Source: Candidatus Saccharimonadota bacterium
GTDB lineage: Bacteria > Patescibacteriota > Saccharimonadia > Saccharimonadales > AWTP1-31
Reading direction: 5' to 3'
Length of the DNA stretch: 64,000 nucleotides
Assembly (NCBI GenBank): GCA_026395435.1
Contig: JAPLYT010000003.1
Span: 4,024-68,023 of the forward strand
In this document: positions 58,691 through 64,000 of the stretch, piece by piece
Layout of the letters: the number at the start of each line of letters is the position of its first letter
Position numbering within the stretch: the stretch's first letter is position 1
Translations under genes and position numbers: made by a program
The notes under the pieces: generated by a model
The model's input: the letters and a program-made list of their open reading frames with translations, nothing else
Told to the model about the DNA's origin: nothing
The model's database searches: none

Positions 58691-59197
58691 CTATTCAAAC
58701 CTGAGGAGATCAACATTTTTTGCGACTTCATCAGACTTGAAGATGCCGCCATTCATACTTAGATACACTCCTGGCTCAATCGACTGAAAAGATGCAATAG
58801 CAAAACCTAAGTTAAAACCGGCGTCAGAAGCTGCAAACCCCATAATCGGAACCATTGAGCCCGTAAGAATAATCTTTTTACCCGAAATGTTTTTAGCGTC
58901 TAGATATTGTGCAGTCTGCGCCATTGTAAAAGTACCATGGGGGATAAGAATATTTTCATGAGGAGACTGCTCTATAGCTTTAATCAACTTGTCTCGATCA
59001 TCGTCTGTAATATCTCTACTGTCCTTTGCAGCGATCGGCTCAGAGCTAAAATTAAAATGCGGTTGGATCAAATTATGTAAATAACTATCAATAGTCGAAT
59101 CGAGTTTTAGTAGTTTCTTATTAAAGGCATCGTATGAGGGGTCTATAAACTCAATCGTACCACCCATCTTGATAATGTGAACGTGTGTTTTAGTCAT
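58691..59197 (-). CDS. Asparaginase N-terminal domain protein (short form)
   Basis: MGGTI, KDS.DITD.DR, HGT.TM..TA, ILTGSM.P, SDA.FNLG; TATCAT 6 nt before ATG. Confidence 0.82.
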   Translation of the reverse strand: MTKTHVHIIKMGGTIEFIDPSYDAFNKKLLKLDSTIDSYLHNLIQPHFNFSSEPIAAKDSRDITDDDRDKLIKAIEQSPHENILIPHGTFTMAQTAQYLDAKNISGKKIILTGSMVPIMGFAASDAGFNLGFAIASFQSIEPGVYLSMNGGIFKSDEVAKNVDLLRFE

Positions 59198-59255
59198 GAC
59201 TACATGATACCAAAAAATGTAACAATATCTTTGAAGACAGCTATACATTAGGAAC

Positions 59256-59422
59256 ATCACCTATTAGGGTTGAGGTAGTTTCGATGCGATTCTGAGCAAC
59301 GGACTGAGCCGTACAGAAAGTACGGCGAAGGAGTAGCGGAGGAATCAAATCGGAAATACCCAACAGTACTGCAAAGTGGCGGGCTTTGCCCGACGCTCAA
59401 GCAGTACGGCCTAATAGGTGAT
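59256..59422 (+). repeat. Structured palindromic element, copy 2 (three-way junction)
   Basis: Perfect 13-bp terminal IR ATCACCTATTAGG/CCTAATAGGTGAT; long arm ending GCCGTAC-AGAAA-GTACGGC; second arm GTACTGC...GGGC-TTT-GCCC...GCAGTAC. Confidence 0.8.
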
Positions 59423-59433
59423 AGAATAGGGAT

Positions 59434-60858
59434 ATGAAAAACAACGCATCAATGGCCTACGCCATTCTGCTCATAATTGGCGATTTCCTCGCCCTCATCG
59501 CCGCTTTCACTGTCGCCTACATCTTACGCGTCAAAATAGACGCCCGTCCGCTTGTAGAGCAAATCAAGGCTCGAGAATATATCATCGCCTTTGCCTACGT
59601 CTTACCGCTTTGGATTTTAGTACATAGTTTCATTGGCCTATACTCTCAGCGAGTATACGAAAAACGATTTACTGAACTTGGCCGGCTCTTAGTAGGTTCG
59701 GTATTGGGTATTCTGGTTGTTATTGGCTTTAACTTCGTCACCAATGGCAAGCTCTTCCCCGCACGACTTGTCCCTGTATACGGACTTGGACTTGGTTTTA
59801 GCTTCTTGGTACTATTCCGGACTATTGCTCGTCTTGCCAGACGATCGCTCTATGCTTACGGCATTGGTGTCAGCAATGTCCTAATCGTTGGAAATACTAA
59901 GAGTTCAAGCATGATCGCCGAGGCAATCTGTAATACAAAAAATACTGGTCAACAAGTACTCGGCATTGTAAGTTCAGAATCAACAGATTTCACGCAATAT
60001 TCAAATTTTAAAACCGCAATAGAAAAGATTAGCCAACCCATTCACAGTATTATTCAAACGGAACTATATAAAGACCAAGACCGAAATGACGAAGTTCTAA
60101 GCTTCGCCCAGAAACATCATGCCGCATACCGTTTCGTTCCCGGCAATACGAGCCTTTTTGTTGGTAATATCGAAGTTGAACTTTTTGCCGGTCAAATCCC
60201 GATGATTGCAGTCCATCAAACAGCACTCGTTGGGTGGGGTCGTATCGCAAAACGGCTATTCGATATTTTCGTATCACTCGTCGCACTTCTGGTCGCGTCT
60301 CCACTTTTCTTGATTATTGCATTGTTAGAAATAATTATTGGCGGAGGATTTCCAATTTTCTTCCGACAAGTTCGACTGACACGATTCAATAACACTTTTA
60401 CGGTGTTTAAATTCCGGACTCACCGCAATGGCTTAAGTGGCCTCAGCGACAAACAAGCGTTTGAAAAATTAGGCAAGCCAGATTTATATAAACAATACAA
60501 AGAAAACGGCTATGCGCTCGATAACGACCCACGGTTAACTCGTCTTGGTTCTTTCCTCCGAAAGACATCCCTCGACGAACTACCCCAGCTGATAAACGTT
60601 CTAAGGGGTGATATCAGTCTGGTTGGACCTCGCCCTTTAATCCCCGAAGAGATTAATACCTACGACAAAAAACATATGATCCTCAGTGTAAAATCTGGCC
60701 TTACCGGTCTAGCTCAAGTTTCAGGACGTCAAAATATCAGCTTCGAAGAACGACGCAAACTGGACATGTATTACGTCCAAAATTGGACTTTCTGGGGCGA
60801 CATCGTCATCCTCGTCAAGACTGCCAAAGAAGTCTTCCTGGGCAGCGGAGCCCTCTAG
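59434..60858 (+). CDS. Initiating polyprenyl-phosphate sugar transferase (WbaP/WcaJ type)
   Basis: [63 protein letters not shown]. Confidence 0.93.
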   Translation: MKNNASMAYAILLIIGDFLALIAAFTVAYILRVKIDARPLVEQIKAREYIIAFAYVLPLWILVHSFIGLYSQRVYEKRFTELGRLLVGSVLGILVVIGFNFVTNGKLFPARLVPVYGLGLGFSFLVLFRTIARLARRSLYAYGIGVSNVLIVGNTKSSSMIAEAICNTKNTGQQVLGIVSSESTDFTQYSNFKTAIEKISQPIHSIIQTELYKDQDRNDEVLSFAQKHHAAYRFVPGNTSLFVGNIEVELFAGQIPMIAVHQTALVGWGRIAKRLFDIFVSLVALLVASPLFLIIALLEIIIGGGFPIFFRQVRLTRFNNTFTVFKFRTHRNGLSGLSDKQAFEKLGKPDLYKQYKENGYALDNDPRLTRLGSFLRKTSLDELPQLINVLRGDISLVGPRPLIPEEINTYDKKHMILSVKSGLTGLAQVSGRQNISFEERRKLDMYYVQNWTFWGDIVILVKTAKEVFLGSGAL

Positions 60859-61952
60859 TGAATACGAAAAAGGTTGCCATAGTACACGATTGGTTGGTTG
60901 GCGGCGGCGCTGAGAAGGTCGTGCAAGAGTTGCATGCTTTATATCCTGGTGCGCCCATCTATACCTCTTATGCAACGCAGGAATGGCGCGATAAACTCGA
61001 CGGCAAAGTAGTCACCGGATCTTTACAGCATTGGCCATTTAGTAAACTCCGCAAATTCTTGGGCGTTAAGCGTATTTGGTGGTTTAGCCATCTCGATCTG
61101 AGTGAATACGATCTGGTAATTAGTAGTTCTGGAAATGGTGAAGCGAAAGACGTAACTGTCAGGGATGGTGCTACGCATATATGTTATTGCCATGCGCCGA
61201 CACATTTTTATTGGCGAAGCTATGACCAATATATGAAGAGTCCTGGATTTGGCGTATTCGATCCACTTGCCAGACTTGGTCTCAAACTACTGGTCAAACC
61301 CCTCCGAAATCGAGATTATAAAGCTGCCCAAAATCCAGATTTCTTTATTGCAAATTCCCAATTTATTGCAGATGAAATTAAGCAATATTATGGACGAGAC
61401 TCGATAGTCATAAATCCTCCTGTAGACGTCGAACGCTTTACATCAGTGAAAAACACCAAACGACAGGGTTTTGTAACTATGGGCCGACAAGTCGCGTATA
61501 AACAAACCGAGATAATCATCGATGCATGCAATGACCTCGACCTGCCCTTAACGGTTATTGGCCGTGGCCCAGAGCATGACAATCTCGTGCGTCGAGCAGG
61601 TCCAAACGTGACCTTCAAAACAAATGTCAGCGATGACCAAATGCCCAGCGAACTTGCCAGTGCCGAAGCGTTCATTTTTGCCGCCGAAGAAGATTTCGGC
61701 ATTGCACCCGTAGAGGCAATGGCAGCCGGTACACCTGTGATCGCATACAAGGCCGGTGGCGCACTCGATTACGTAACACCTGGAATCTCGGGAGAATTCT
61801 TCGAAGAACAGACCGCTGAAAGCCTTAAAAAGAGTCTTGCGCATTTCAATGCAAAACAATATGACTCTCAAACGATCAAAAAACATGCGGGGTCATTTGA
61901 TTCCCAGAACTTTAGAACGAAACTAAAACAATATATACAATCAATTAGCTAA
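60858..61952 (+). CDS. GT4 family glycosyltransferase
   Basis: GTG start overlapping the upstream stop; VAIVHDWL..GGAE, YCHAP, EDFGIAPVEAMAAGTPVIA. Confidence 0.92.
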   Translation: MNTKKVAIVHDWLVGGGAEKVVQELHALYPGAPIYTSYATQEWRDKLDGKVVTGSLQHWPFSKLRKFLGVKRIWWFSHLDLSEYDLVISSSGNGEAKDVTVRDGATHICYCHAPTHFYWRSYDQYMKSPGFGVFDPLARLGLKLLVKPLRNRDYKAAQNPDFFIANSQFIADEIKQYYGRDSIVINPPVDVERFTSVKNTKRQGFVTMGRQVAYKQTEIIIDACNDLDLPLTVIGRGPEHDNLVRRAGPNVTFKTNVSDDQMPSELASAEAFIFAAEEDFGIAPVEAMAAGTPVIAYKAGGALDYVTPGISGEFFEEQTAESLKKSLAHFNAKQYDSQTIKKHAGSFDSQNFRTKLKQYIQSIS

Positions 61953-63420
61953 TATTAGAGTTGAGGCCTTGAATTACTCGCATACTAACGACGGGCTCAT
62001 CGAGAATATAGTGCCCTCGCTGATACACACCAAAAGGTGCATGTACGTACATATTTACGAGGATTAATCCGATTGTTACTACCATAAAAATCGGTCTGAA
62101 TGCCGTATCTAGCCCTCGATATGATCGTTGCCAACAGGTAACAATAGCTACATATACGAACGGGAGTACCGGCAATAAATAACGACCCTGGATTGCGAAT
62201 GGATAGCCATAAAAATGGTACGTACTAAGGTTATAAAAGAATACGAGAAGAATATATCCTACCGTTATAATGCCAAGTGCTCTGTGCAAGGCGGAACTTC
62301 TTTTTTCACGCCCTAACCAAATTCCAGCTGCCATTATTATCGCAACAAACACCGTCGTGACTCCAGCCACTCTCCTGGCCGGATCGGTAGCTTTTATAGT
62401 CTGGTGACCTCTATAGAAAAACGTCCGTTCATAAATCAAAATACTCCACTGTCGTGCGAAAACTCCAAAGGTTTGAAGCTGACCAGACCCGGCACGTTTT
62501 GCTGCTTCGAATTCTTTTTTCTGACCGGTATTTCGGCGATAAATACTGCTTTGCATGCACTCACTTTCTGAATGTACTTGGTTGCATGCAGGAGTTGTCT
62601 TGCCGTACACAACATAATTTTGAATATACCTTTCGGTGAACAATCCAAATGTCAGAACGAATACGATCATAGCCCCGATAAATGCTCGACGAGTAGGTGC
62701 AGACTTCCAGGCTTTGAGCGTTGATTTCCATATATCGATCCCTATTTTCTTAAATCCATCCTGCTTTAAATGCCATCCAAAAAGTAACAAGAAACATAGC
62801 AATACAACTGGCAGATATGTTTCTTTGACGACGAATAAGAATAGTGCAGTGCCGGCGCTCAGAAGCAGTGGAATAATTTGCAGCTTTTTCTGCAACCCAA
62901 CAAGCTGATACAAGAGTAACCAGAACAAAAGCATGGCTAGATTATCATAGGTAATACCAGCAAACACCCACACAAACATTCCGGTACTAATGAGCCCGGC
63001 GATAACAAGATTTATGGAAAGTTGAGACGTGCCGATACGACGCAAAAGACGAACTAAGACAAGCAAACACAAAAGGCCAATGGCGATATTGAGCAGCCTC
63101 AAACTAAACACCTGAACTTCAATATTTTTGCTAAAAACCGTTACAGCCCTTAGGTAAAAACTCGATAGATACTGGTACATATAACTTGGAAGGCGTTGCA
63201 CATCCCCTAGGATAAAATTGGAATTCTGATCGGCAATCACAGGCCCATCGAGAATAGGCCGATTAGCATAATACTGAGTGAACGTGAAATGAAACTCTTC
63301 GTCAGATGGTACTTTATAATTGATGGCTGCGGCAAAGAAGACAGCTTGACCAACAAAAAGGGCTAGTAAAAAATAAAGGAAATTTCTACTTTTTATACAC
63401 TGTTTCATTTTCTCAATCAT
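61945..63420 (-). CDS. GT-C (ArnT/PMT-like) membrane glycosyltransferase
   Basis: PSDEEFH after TM1, LRL, YDN, QGRYLLP; polytopic. Confidence 0.7.
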   Translation of the reverse strand: MIEKMKQCIKSRNFLYFLLALFVGQAVFFAAAINYKVPSDEEFHFTFTQYYANRPILDGPVIADQNSNFILGDVQRLPSYMYQYLSSFYLRAVTVFSKNIEVQVFSLRLLNIAIGLLCLLVLVRLLRRIGTSQLSINLVIAGLISTGMFVWVFAGITYDNLAMLLFWLLLYQLVGLQKKLQIIPLLLSAGTALFLFVVKETYLPVVLLCFLLLFGWHLKQDGFKKIGIDIWKSTLKAWKSAPTRRAFIGAMIVFVLTFGLFTERYIQNYVVYGKTTPACNQVHSESECMQSSIYRRNTGQKKEFEAAKRAGSGQLQTFGVFARQWSILIYERTFFYRGHQTIKATDPARRVAGVTTVFVAIIMAAGIWLGREKRSSALHRALGIITVGYILLVFFYNLSTYHFYGYPFAIQGRYLLPVLPFVYVAIVTCWQRSYRGLDTAFRPIFMVVTIGLILVNMYVHAPFGVYQRGHYILDEPVVSMRVIQGLNSNIS

Positions 63421-63432
63421 TCTTTATTCCAG

Positions 63433-64000
63433 TCATGCGCTATACTTTTTCTCTCGACCAATTGCCAACCATACTGCTGCAAGCGTTATAAACAGTATAC
63501 CTCGATCAATCAGTGCTAACGATAAAATCTGCGGGGTACTCAGCCCAATAACTGTTGCTGTTACGACGTACACTGCTTCTTTAACACCGATATTGGCCGG
63601 TGTCAGGCTGATAAAAATACTGAGACTACCGAGGACGCTAAAGAGCAGAAGTTGGCCAAATTCTATTGAGATAGAAAGCGAAGATAACTCGAACCAGGCG
63701 ATAAGCACCGTCAAGATTATTTGAATCAGTACAAACAGACTCAAATGTAGGAGCAGCTTCCTATTTCTTGTCACCAACCGCCATCCATCCGACATTTTTC
63801 TTAGTGTTTGAGCGGCTGCCGATAGGTATTTATTGTGGATCTTGATGGATGGGATTTTCAGAAAACTAAGTATCAACGATGCTAAAAGCAGCCCTGTAAA
63901 AAACAAACCAACTCCCACAAATTGCGGGCTTCCATTCGAGCCGATGAGTATAAGACTAGTAATCCCAAGCACGGCATTAATGATAAAAATGAGAAGATAA
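63433..64000 (-). CDS. Lysylphosphatidylglycerol-synthase-TM / flippase-like membrane protein (5' end outside the window)
   Basis: SLTPANIGVKEA...ALIDR motif typical of the LPG_synthase_TM family. Confidence 0.75.
   Translation of the reverse strand, partial: YLLIFIINAVLGITSLILIGSNGSPQFVGVGLFFTGLLLASLILSFLKIPSIKIHNKYLSAAAQTLRKMSDGWRLVTRNRKLLLHLSLFVLIQIILTVLIAWFELSSLSISIEFGQLLLFSVLGSLSIFISLTPANIGVKEAVYVVTATVIGLSTPQILSLALIDRGILFITLAAVWLAIGREKKYSA

Noticed and set aside
1..64000. CRISPR array, rRNA or tRNA genes
   Set aside because: No regularly spaced direct repeats, no cas-like ORFs, and no tRNA cloverleaf or rRNA signature seen by eye

Overview
A 64-kb bacterial chromosomal segment, most consistent with a Candidate Phyla Radiation (Patescibacteria, probably Saccharibacteria) genome in standard genetic code 11. 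The taxonomy is inferred from the compact gene set (short MurC and MutY, archaeal-type non-discriminating AspRS, many ORFans and Pro/Thr-rich single-TM proteins). From the left, the window holds: a tandem array of three large secreted GLUG-type repeat surface proteins; dus; a complete 2.88-kb IS1595-family element with IRs, an 8-bp TSD and passenger genes, including a nonsense-interrupted replication-relaxation gene; housekeeping, transport and signalling genes; and an unusual envelope cluster at 25.6-32.9 kb. That cluster comprises an Lnt-like acyltransferase, an O-antigen-ligase-like protein, a fusion of an O-antigen-ligase-like domain with a penicillin-binding transpeptidase, and two flanking paralogous surface proteins. 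Further right are an ABC-2 exporter, an AbrB/Doc toxin-antitoxin pair, frameshifted aspS and rdgB, CNNM/DsbA/Kef/NadD genes and the start of a surface-glycan locus. Non-coding highlights are two diverged copies of a structured element with compensatory base changes (48.75 and 59.26 kb), a class-II-like cobalamin riboswitch in front of an unknown Zn-ribbon protein, a candidate Asp/Asn leader-peptide attenuator for aspS, and a pervasive -10 box 6-7 nt before ATG (leaderless pattern). No rRNA, tRNA or CRISPR array was seen. All calls are by-eye motif recognition; no database searches were run.
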